This document shows, piece by piece, positions 18,809 through 25,790 of a stretch of DNA of 64,000 nt. The number at the start of each line of letters is the position of its first letter. The first letter of the stretch is position 1. The DNA is from a virus. The notes below the pieces were generated by a model that was not told where the DNA came from, did not search any database, and saw only the letters and a list, made by a program, of their open reading frames with translations. The translations under genes and the position numbers were made by a program. The DNA lies in the IMG/VR virus record IMGVR_UViG_3300045051_000172, positions 32,001-96,000 of that record; one strand, given 5' to 3'.

Positions 18809-19513
18809 TTAGTCGTCTCCTCGATCCTCGGGAAAACAGTCTTTACAAGCTTCATCATTGCAAGGCGGTCCTTTTGCGAGATCCTCAAATAAGTCTGAGT
18901 GCTCGTCCATAATCTTCTTCGCAACTTCCATTACTTTAGATTTTCTTAAATCCAACACGGCCCTCATGGCTACTTCCATTTCTTCTACCGTAAGTTGCGT
19001 ATTCCTCATAATATTACAGCTTCCACAGCATGGCAAGACGTTAGAAAGCTCGTATCCCTTTGAATTGTCTATTCGATCCAAACTAGCTCCCGGGCCTTTT
19101 AATATTGGAGTAGAACAATAATGACAGGGTTTTCGAACCAGTTCGGAATATTCATTAAGGGTTAGTTCCCAAGATAAATTTCTCCTGCGAGCGTTGCTTC
19201 GAGCCAAGCCGAAACGAGATGAAATGTAATCTTTTCGTATCTTCTTTCTGAAACAATTCGAACAACTATTCTTTGTAGAACTTACTGTAATTCCGCAGTC
19301 CGGACAAGGTTCTCTTTTTTTACTTCGATTCTTTTTGACTGTCCTGGATGCGTAACAACCCCCACAGATGGGTCCCTTATACCAGCGAGAACTTCTAGTA
19401 ATCTCGCAAAGAGTGCATTTATTATCCTCCCTGGAAAGCATGTAACATGAGTGGCAAATTTTACCTCTATAGACTCTCGGTCCTAGCTGATTTTTACAGA
19501 GAGAGCAGGTCAT
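18809..19513 (-). CDS. HNH/His-Me finger endonuclease with N-terminal multi-CxxC zinc fingers (start moved to MTCSLC)
   Basis: 'PCHYC...SLDRIDNSKGYELSNVLPCCGSCNIMRN' is the phage HNH-like signature; at least six CxxC pairs lie upstream. Confidence 0.75.
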   Translation of the reverse strand: MTCSLCKNQLGPRVYRGKICHSCYMLSREDNKCTLCEITRSSRWYKGPICGGCYASRTVKKNRSKKREPCPDCGITVSSTKNSCSNCFRKKIRKDYISSRFGLARSNARRRNLSWELTLNEYSELVRKPCHYCSTPILKGPGASLDRIDNSKGYELSNVLPCCGSCNIMRNTQLTVEEMEVAMRAVLDLRKSKVMEVAKKIMDEHSDLFEDLAKGPPCNDEACKDCFPEDRGDD

Positions 19514-19887
19514 TTTAAAAGATACGTCCTTTTCATTATCCACTCAGTAGCCTCTTTATCGTCTACGCTCCATGAGGGTTTACTCATAATCATATCTACA
19601 TAGGAAGTCAGTCCTAATCTTTCTATTACTTTTCGAGCCCAATGATGTCCCCCATCCGACCAAACTATGATAAAGAAATCTCTGGCAGCGAATTCTTTCA
19701 GAAGTTTTATGTGGGGAGTTATGGGAAAGAGGAGTTCACTGCGTCCCGGTTCTCCGAATTCAATAGGTGCGCTATCTCCATACAGCTTCTCTGTTGGAGT
19801 AACCAAGGTGTCATCAATATCAAAACAAGCAACTCTATCTGAGTTTACAAAGAGGGGGCCGAGAGAAGATGCTTTGTAGGTCTTCAT
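19510..19887 (-). CDS. HAD-superfamily phosphatase-like protein
   Basis: Motif I 'CFDIDDTL', motif II 'IVWSDGG', motif III/IV 'KP...VDD'. Confidence 0.75.
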   Translation of the reverse strand: MKTYKASSLGPLFVNSDRVACFDIDDTLVTPTEKLYGDSAPIEFGEPGRSELLFPITPHIKLLKEFAARDFFIIVWSDGGHHWARKVIERLGLTSYVDMIMSKPSWSVDDKEATEWIMKRTYLLK

Positions 19888-20618
19888 TTCTTTTCCTCCG
19901 GCTTCGGCAATAGATTGTTTTCGGCTAAGAGAACTTCTAGGGTTCGTCGGAATCTCTCATACAAAGACTGTCTCAGACGGTTTTGGGCTGAGATGCCAAA
20001 ACTCTCTGTGAACTTCTTTTCAATTTCTTTGACCGCCGCAAGGGCTTCTTCTTTGGAGGTCCAAGCATATTTCTTGTCGGCCTCAACTTCGAGGAACCTT
20101 CCGGTCTCTTTAAAATCCGTGTCGTAGGTAATATAGTAAACCCCGGTCGTATGGTTTTTGAACTTGTAAATCCAGCACATCTTGTAAATCTCGAAATTGA
20201 ATAGGTATCCGCGCTCGCGAGCTTCTTCGAGAACCTTGGACAAGTCAACCTTTAACTGGATCGCCGCATTCGAGGGTTGTTTTAAAACAGACCCCTTATC
20301 GATCCCCGTCATCTTTAAAAACTTGTTGTAGGTATTGATGTCAGAGTCCACTTCCAGATCGATCTCCTCGCGCACGTTGTTGTTGTGCTCGATGGTCTTC
20401 CTCTTAGAGGTCAACTCTCGGAATCCCGTTCCGGGCCCGCCTCGATCTCGAATGAACATCTCAAGGTTATCTTTGTGGGTGTAATAATAATCCCATGACC
20501 CGATTTCGATAAACTCGGCAGGCTCTAGGGATTCGAAGAATTTCTTAGCTTTTGAAAGGGAGATCTCATTGGCGAGATATTTAAACTCCAGTTCAGTAAA
20601 TTCAAAGAGTTCAGGCAT
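19884..20618 (-). CDS. CYTH-domain (triphosphate tunnel metalloenzyme) protein (start moved to MPELFEFTELEFKY)
   Basis: N-terminal ExExK motif 'ELEFK' and C-terminal 'FLEVE'; GGAG RBS before ATG 20618. Confidence 0.75.
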   Translation of the reverse strand: MPELFEFTELEFKYLANEISLSKAKKFFESLEPAEFIEIGSWDYYYTHKDNLEMFIRDRGGPGTGFRELTSKRKTIEHNNNVREEIDLEVDSDINTYNKFLKMTGIDKGSVLKQPSNAAIQLKVDLSKVLEEARERGYLFNFEIYKMCWIYKFKNHTTGVYYITYDTDFKETGRFLEVEADKKYAWTSKEEALAAVKEIEKKFTESFGISAQNRLRQSLYERFRRTLEVLLAENNLLPKPEEKK

Positions 20619-22143
20619 ATATGATCTCCGCTGCGAATTGGTTTCTGTAAATGTCCAATCTTTCCTCCAAATGCCTTTCTTGGAATTTAGTTCCTTCGAA
20701 TAGAAAATCATGTACCCAACCAATGTCTTTACCTTCGGCCAAGCGTGCAACTCGTCCTACGGCTTGGGTAATCTTAATCTCAGACTTGCCGCCGGTCGCG
20801 AGCAATAAATGGTTGGTTGAATAAACATCAATGCCTTCTCCAATGACCGTAGATCCGATCATGTTGCGGAGTTCCTTTTTATTGAACGCTCGAATCGTTT
20901 CTTTGACGTGAGCCTTCTTGTCGTCCCCGGAAACGAACGTAGACTCAATCTTGTTGAGCTTGAGGTATTCTTGAATCAATTTGCCTGATCCGTCTTTTCG
21001 GTCTACTAGAGTAAGCATTTGATTCTCTTCTGGAACATCTTTAATAATGTTCAAAATTTTGTTCAATAATGGGACGCTACCACAATAATTCTTCTCGTAC
21101 TCTTTTTGGTAGTTCATCATTGCCTTACCCGGGAGCCGGTGAACGATGACTTTGATTGGAGTGATGAATCCATCTTCTACGGCTTTCCAGGCTGGATAGT
21201 GATACAGGCGATTACTGAGAACGCCCCAGAGGTCTAAAGTCTTCGAGTCGTTTCTTAAGAAAGTTCCCGTGAACCCATATCGATAATAAATGTGCTCCAG
21301 CATTGGAAGAAGATCTGTGTAAGATTTCGATGCCGCATGGTGAAATTCATCCATGATAAGCATGTTTACGTCGCCAATCAATTCGTGAAGAAGTCCGGAA
21401 TCTTGAAGGCTGGCTAGGGTCGCAACGGTGACGAAACGAATTGGCTTCAGTTTGGTCTTGCCCTTTTTGATATCGGCTGCTGAGATTACTTGAACGAAAG
21501 TTTTCCCAAAGGCTTCTGTAAAGTCATCGGCGGTCTGTTGCAAAAGGAAGACTGCTGGAATCACGATCAAGGTAGTGACTCTCTTATCGAAAGTGACCTC
21601 TTTCATCATGTAAGTTTTTCCCGATGCAACGCAGGACTCTACGACGCCTCGTTCTTCAACTCTCAAAATTTCCGCAACTTCAGACTGATAGTAACGTGGA
21701 GGCAAAGGCTCTACTTTCCATTTGAAACGATGTTCTTGCTTGGGTACGATCCGAAGATCTCTTATGGTGTATGCAGGAGCCTTGGCTTCTTTTAGGACGT
21801 TCTTAACGATGCCTATGAGCCCTGTAGGAAACCGATTGTCGTCCAAAAGCAAACAGGCCGTTTCTTCGGCCTCAAATCGACGCAGCATCGCCTGGAGCTG
21901 TCTAATGTGTCCCTCGATGTCTTGTCCCGTTTCCGCCATCTTTTTTGCCAGATATGGGGAGGGGTTGCCGGATCTCCGCGCCATGTGAGCAAACTTCAGA
22001 GCACGAAGAGTTTCAATCTTCTTCTGAGTTGCTTCTTCGTCTTTATACGTTAGAGCACTTCGGACATACGAAATGAAAGAGGCTTCGAAATCCTGCAAAG
22101 TGCAATACGAGTTCCTAAGAACTATTGTGGGGGATTTACCCAT
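20611..22143 (-). CDS. Superfamily 2 DNA helicase (UvsW/XPB-like)
   Basis: Motif I 'VASGKT', II 'MDEFHH', III 'GFTGT', V 'VIGEGID', VI 'QAVGRVAR'. Confidence 0.88.
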   Translation of the reverse strand: MGKSPTIVLRNSYCTLQDFEASFISYVRSALTYKDEEATQKKIETLRALKFAHMARRSGNPSPYLAKKMAETGQDIEGHIRQLQAMLRRFEAEETACLLLDDNRFPTGLIGIVKNVLKEAKAPAYTIRDLRIVPKQEHRFKWKVEPLPPRYYQSEVAEILRVEERGVVESCVASGKTYMMKEVTFDKRVTTLIVIPAVFLLQQTADDFTEAFGKTFVQVISAADIKKGKTKLKPIRFVTVATLASLQDSGLLHELIGDVNMLIMDEFHHAASKSYTDLLPMLEHIYYRYGFTGTFLRNDSKTLDLWGVLSNRLYHYPAWKAVEDGFITPIKVIVHRLPGKAMMNYQKEYEKNYCGSVPLLNKILNIIKDVPEENQMLTLVDRKDGSGKLIQEYLKLNKIESTFVSGDDKKAHVKETIRAFNKKELRNMIGSTVIGEGIDVYSTNHLLLATGGKSEIKITQAVGRVARLAEGKDIGWVHDFLFEGTKFQERHLEERLDIYRNQFAAEIIYA

Positions 22144-22176
22144 TCAATTAAAGGGTAAGATAGTTTACGGATTTAG

Positions 22177-22350
22177 TCAAGAAGGTTCCATACCAGTGAA
22201 CTTGTATTCCTCGTCCTCAGCATGTTCTATGGCCTTCATGAGTTCGAGCGCGTGCTGGACAGTCAGAGAATCTGCCATCTCTTGCGCGTTACGGCGAGCA
22301 TCCTTGGCCTTTATGAGCCCTTTAGAAAGCTCCGTACAAATGATACACAT
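22177..22350 (-). CDS. Small hypothetical protein (57 aa, MCIICTELSKG...), not in the ORF track
   Basis: Translated by hand; N-terminal CxxC; fills the operon gap. Confidence 0.5.
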   Translation of the reverse strand: MCIICTELSKGLIKAKDARRNAQEMADSLTVQHALELMKAIEHAEDEEYKFTGMEPS

Positions 22351-22354
22351 GAAA

Positions 22355-22555
22355 TTATCCTAAGAGTTTATAAGCAACTACGGCCAGGCCGAGCAGTAAG
22401 GCTCCAGCAGCAACAACTGCCGCCAATGCGGTTAATTGAGCCATTGCGACTCCGAGAGTAGCTTTATAGGCCACTTGAAAAGGCTTATCTGTTGCGCTCG
22501 CAATTGCTGCGATTACTTTTGAAGTTCCATCACTTTGTTGATTTGGATTTCTCAT
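22355..22555 (-). CDS. Small membrane protein
   Basis: C-terminal hydrophobic helix; GGGG RBS. Confidence 0.55.
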   Translation of the reverse strand: MRNPNQQSDGTSKVIAAIASATDKPFQVAYKATLGVAMAQLTALAAVVAAGALLLGLAVVAYKLLG

Positions 22556-22668
22556 TGACCAACCCCTAAAAGACCAAGCAAAAGTCCTCCGATTACCAGA
22601 GTTGCTTGAATTGCAACAGTTACGATGATAAGTCCAATTCCTAATTTAATTCCGTCTACGATTGTCAT
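22552..22668 (-). CDS. Small hydrophobic protein (38 aa, MTIVDGIKLGIG...)
   Basis: AAGGAG RBS, TAATG and ATGA overlaps with both neighbours, single TM helix. Confidence 0.5.
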   Translation of the reverse strand: MTIVDGIKLGIGLIIVTVAIQATLVIGGLLLGLLGVGQ

Positions 22669-23015
22669 TATTTTTTCTCCTTAAGTTCTGATTCATCCAA
22701 CCAAACAGTAGCCTGAATTCCATTACCACATGAGATTCGTACCTTATAAGCATTGGATTTAATAGATAAACTTTCTTCGGCATCTCGTTTGTAGTAGTTT
22801 CTGAAATCTTCTATTCCAAAATTTTCGTTGGCGACGCAACGACGATAGGGAGATTCTGCGCCAAAAGAAACCTCAACGGTTTCACCTAGAGAGAATTTGT
22901 AAGGAGGAAAGGGAGTATGTTTTGGGACACAAAGATAAAAGGGAACCGCTATGGCTGCAAAAACTGCGACGACCGCCAACCCGCAAAGAAGGTTGTGTTT
23001 AACCGTCTTTTTCAT
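22668..23015 (-). CDS. Hypothetical protein with N-terminal TM anchor
   Basis: 115 aa with a hydrophobic N-terminus; overlaps both neighbours. Confidence 0.6.
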   Translation of the reverse strand: MKKTVKHNLLCGLAVVAVFAAIAVPFYLCVPKHTPFPPYKFSLGETVEVSFGAESPYRRCVANENFGIEDFRNYYKRDAEESLSIKSNAYKVRISCGNGIQATVWLDESELKEKK

Positions 23016-23473
23016 TCATCATCCTCAGAGTCATCATTTAAAATATTATTTTTTGCGTATTCGATCAGATAGAGTCTGGGAGCAAAAACTGCTTTCAAAA
23101 GATTTCTAAATTGTCCGAGAATTTCGCCCAAAGCAAAGAAAGAAGCAACTATAGTGGCGACATGAACAAAATTCCAAAATCCATCCGGATATTTTAAGTA
23201 CCGTGGATCTTCTTCTGGATTAAGAGGAGTTATTTGATATTGGTGAATGAAATAAGAAATTGTTCCTAGGATCACTAGGTATACCAGGGCAACCCCCATT
23301 TGATAGAGGGAATCGTAGATTCCATCAAATTTTATGATTTCTTTACAAACTTGAGGAATCTCTTTTTTCGCAAAACTCTTGGCTTCTGACGCCGCACTTA
23401 AGATTCCCTCTGCTGAAGAATGCAAAAGTTTAGATAATTCTTTTTGAGCTGCTTTACTTACTTTCATTTTCAT
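23012..23473 (-). CDS. Hypothetical two-TM membrane protein
   Basis: Two hydrophobic helices; GGAGG RBS. Confidence 0.6.
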   Translation of the reverse strand: MKMKVSKAAQKELSKLLHSSAEGILSAASEAKSFAKKEIPQVCKEIIKFDGIYDSLYQMGVALVYLVILGTISYFIHQYQITPLNPEEDPRYLKYPDGFWNFVHVATIVASFFALGEILGQFRNLLKAVFAPRLYLIEYAKNNILNDDSEDDE

Positions 23474-23666
23474 CCCCTCCGACTTTGATTGAAAATCCCG
23501 TCACTTTTCTCCAGTTCCATCCGAGCACTCCCCCAACTAACATGCATAAAAGTGTTCTAGTTCCAGAGGGTTGCATCAAGTTGTTGATAACCATTCCCGT
23601 CAAAAGACATGCAATTGTCAACGATGCGAAGTGTGATAGTCCGTGAAGAAATCCATTTTGCTTCAT
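23454..23666 (-). CDS. Small two-TM membrane protein, probably leaderless
   Basis: The ATG is 6 nt downstream of the -10 TAACCT of a TTGACA-17-TAACCT promoter. Confidence 0.55.
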   Translation of the reverse strand: MKQNGFLHGLSHFASLTIACLLTGMVINNLMQPSGTRTLLCMLVGGVLGWNWRKVTGFSIKVGGDENESK

Positions 23667-23672
23667 GCATTC

Positions 23673-23713
23673 AGGTTAATGCACTTGATTCTTTTTGTCA
23701 ATCGGGGTATTCT
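23673..23713. promoter_or_regulatory. Overlapping divergent sigma70-type promoters
   Basis: - strand: TTGACA (23701-23696), 17 nt, TAACCT (23678-23673). + strand: TTGATT (23685-23690), 17 nt, TATTCT (23708-23713). Confidence 0.65.
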
Positions 23714-23719
23714 AAAAAA

Positions 23720-24181
23720 GTTCGGTGCCTTGGGACTAGGTGCGAATCCTAGCTTGCCTCATGAGGTGAAAACATTGTGAGGTACTGGTACAGGCGAATA
23801 GCTTGTGCTGAGGAACTAACCAAGAGGCACGTTAAATACTTTCTACCGCAGTTGACTACTGTGCGGTTAGAAGTACGCTCCAATGAGGTAACTCAAAGGA
23901 GTAGAATAGGCGAAGAGCTGATTGGTTCCATATCCTCAGTGTTAAGGGCTTTACTCTTAGGAACATATTTCCCTAAGATCCTAGACATCAGTTCCCAAAC
24001 TTATGAAGTAATTTCATGAGGTTAGGGAGCTTTTGTCTTTAAGGCTAGTAAACCTAAGCGGGACCAAGGGACACCACATGATAAATCGAAGGGTTGGAAG
24101 TTAGAGTTTACTGATGCGTCGGGCCATAGTGTCAAAATCCTAACGGGACACACTTTCAAGAATGTGGGCTAGTCTCCAAGC
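23720..24181 (+). ncRNA. Large (~460 nt) highly structured ncRNA of unassigned family
   Basis: It has a dedicated + strand promoter and no credible + strand ORF. More than 10 helices were found by hand, including a GTAA (GNRA) tetraloop, two GGC-GAANA-GC loops, a T-loop-like TGCGAAT and 5'/3' complementarity. G.U pairs work only on the + strand. Confidence 0.7.
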
Positions 24182-24298
24182 ATTCAGATTCTTCCGATTG
24201 ATCCTCTTTTTGATTTCTTTCTTCACCCGAGCCAGGGTGACTTCTTTTAAAGTAATCTTTAATTTCTTTGCGAAATAATATTTAGATTCAAGAGTCAT
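24140..24298 (-). CDS. Small basic hypothetical protein (52 aa, MTLESKYYFAKK...)
   Basis: Translated by hand; ATGA overlap with the upstream gene; its last ~40 nt are antisense to the ncRNA 3' end. Confidence 0.4.
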   Translation of the reverse strand: MTLESKYYFAKKLKITLKEVTLARVKKEIKKRINRKNLNAWRLAHILESVSR

Positions 24299-24558
24299 TT
24301 ATCACCCCAATCGGCCCAATAGGACATCCAGTTCTCCTTCACAAACGGCTTATGTCCTCCTGAGTGAATGATGCAATCGCATTTTCTTTCCTTGGCTTCC
24401 TCGTCCGTCGCGATATCCGTGATGTCGTAATTCGCGAACTCGGATTGACCTGTTTTCATTTGACCGTACATTTTCTTGTGTCGCTCTATTTGAGCCAAGC
24501 GTTTCTTCCTCGTCATGGGAGCAACATTAGGCAGAGCCTTAGCTGATAAAACTTTCAT
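24295..24558 (-). CDS. Hypothetical protein
   Basis: 87 aa; ATGA overlaps. Confidence 0.55.
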   Translation of the reverse strand: MKVLSAKALPNVAPMTRKKRLAQIERHKKMYGQMKTGQSEFANYDITDIATDEEAKERKCDCIIHSGGHKPFVKENWMSYWADWGDK

Positions 24559-24965
24559 TCAAATCGTAGTCCTAACTTTCTCAAAATAATGTGCGAATTC
24601 GTGAGAATCAAATTCATCACGTCTTCCTCTAAGTTAGGAGAAATCTTACGATTTTTCGAAATCACTTCTTTTGCCGTGTCCCGAATGGCCTCTAAAATCT
24701 CAACATCACTGAGAATCTTTTTGAGAGGTTCTGCCGGTTTAAGTTCGTAATCAGTCGCCTCGATATATTCGACGGACATAGATTCAATCTGACGATTATC
24801 CCCGTAGGCGATCCAGCGCATCCCATCTTTTTCTATTACTCGAAAGTAAGAGTCGTCACCGGGGCGCTTGAAAGGGACTCCAGTTTTGAGGGCTTCAAGA
24901 AAGGTAAGTCCAGGGCCCGGGCCCTCAGTTATTCCATATTGTGTAAGTTGTCGTCGCATGTGCAT
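24555..24965 (-). CDS. Hypothetical protein
   Basis: 136 aa; strong AAGGAGG RBS. Confidence 0.65.
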   Translation of the reverse strand: MHMRRQLTQYGITEGPGPGLTFLEALKTGVPFKRPGDDSYFRVIEKDGMRWIAYGDNRQIESMSVEYIEATDYELKPAEPLKKILSDVEILEAIRDTAKEVISKNRKISPNLEEDVMNLILTNSHIILRKLGLRFE

Positions 24966-25086
24966 CCTCCTTTATCAATCTTGACTCAACTGATCTAGGA
25001 AGTAAAGAGGGGGTGTCGGAGAGAACTATGCATCTTTTATAGGGGGAGGGGAAAGCTGCGAAAGAATTTCCTCTCCGACTGTTTTC

Positions 25087-25115
25087 AGAATATCAAAACT
25101 TTGACATAAATGCAA
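25087..25115 (-). promoter_or_regulatory. sigma70-type promoter TTGCAT-17-TATTCT with extended -10
   Basis: The predicted start site falls at the 5' arm of a 9-bp stem (25079-25071 / 25023-25015). Confidence 0.5.
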
Positions 25116-25357
25116 TGCGCAAAATAAGGAGAATTCTGCGCAAAATTTGACACAAAATGCGGAAGTTTATGTCATTTACTTCCGAGCAACGGGAAGTTCT
25201 TAAAGTTAACCTTTTGAATAGATTAGGAAATTTGAAAGCCATAGTTATATAATTTACTACACGCAAGATACCCGCCAAATACCCATAATCATTGGGGCTT
25301 TAAGGTATCTCACTCTCTAGCCTTGACCGGGCCTGGTCCCCGTGAGAAAATGAGGGT

Positions 25358-25666
25358 ATGGAACTCGTAATGGAAATCATAGGCTGGATCGGATCGATGG
25401 CCTTCGCAGTGTGCGCCGTTCCTCAGGCTTACGATTCTTGGAAGAAAGGTCACTCGCGAGGAATTACTTGGGGCTTCTATCTTCTTTGGGTCATCGGCGA
25501 AATCTTCACGCTTCTCTATATCATCCCGACTGGCAAAGTTCCCCTCCTCGTAAATTATCTCGTCAATTTGGTTTTCCTCACAATCATCGGATATTACAAA
25601 GCCTACCCACGAAAAAGAACCCGGAAGAGTCACTCTCGCAGATCTCATTTAACTGTGGTGAAATAG
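25358..25666 (+). CDS. PQ-loop (SemiSWEET-like) three-helix membrane protein
   Basis: 'AFAVCAVPQAYDSWKKGHSRGITWGF' has the PQ motif after TM1; three TM helices; GAGG RBS. Confidence 0.75.
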   Translation: MELVMEIIGWIGSMAFAVCAVPQAYDSWKKGHSRGITWGFYLLWVIGEIFTLLYIIPTGKVPLLVNYLVNLVFLTIIGYYKAYPRKRTRKSHSRRSHLTVVK

Positions 25667-25741
25667 GGCCCTACTGAAAGAGTTGCACTTTCGCCTTCGG
25701 AATCCCATAGTATCCGACGTGCCGCTTCACACCGAGTAGGG
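25665..25741 (-). ncRNA. tRNA-like cloverleaf with an 11-nt anticodon loop
   Basis: - strand: acceptor CCCTACT/AGTAGGG, D-stem GTGT/GCAC, anticodon stem TCGGA/TCCGA, 4-nt variable loop, T-stem GAAAG/CTTTC with loop TGCAACT, then C73-C-C-T. Confidence 0.65.
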
Positions 25742-25750
25742 ACTTCCATA

Positions 25751-25780
25751 TTGACATGAAGAGGTCTCAGACGTTATTCT
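25751..25780 (+). promoter_or_regulatory. sigma70-type promoter TTGACA-18-TATTCT
   Basis: It lies 10 nt upstream of ATG 25791. Confidence 0.55.
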
Positions 25781-25790
25781 AAAGGCATCC

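Noticed and set aside
23777-24019. 80-aa + strand ORF inside the structured region
   Set aside because: It has no RBS and no recognisable protein features, and the dense helices with GNRA and T-loop motifs explain the sequence better as RNA.
23720-24181. RNase P RNA, tmRNA, or group I/II intron identity for the ncRNA
   Set aside because: There are only partial echoes (GAGGAAC, AGTAAACC, GACTA...TAGTC, 5' GTGCC). I found no P4 pairing or CR-V, no tRNA-like domain with a CCA end or tag frame, no domain V, and no interrupted host gene. Infernal is needed for a final exclusion.
25157-25252. 31-codon + strand ORF (MRKFMSFTSEQREV...) in the strand-switch region
   Set aside because: It is short, lacks a properly spaced SD and overlaps the operator-like repeats; it cannot be supported without ribosome profiling.
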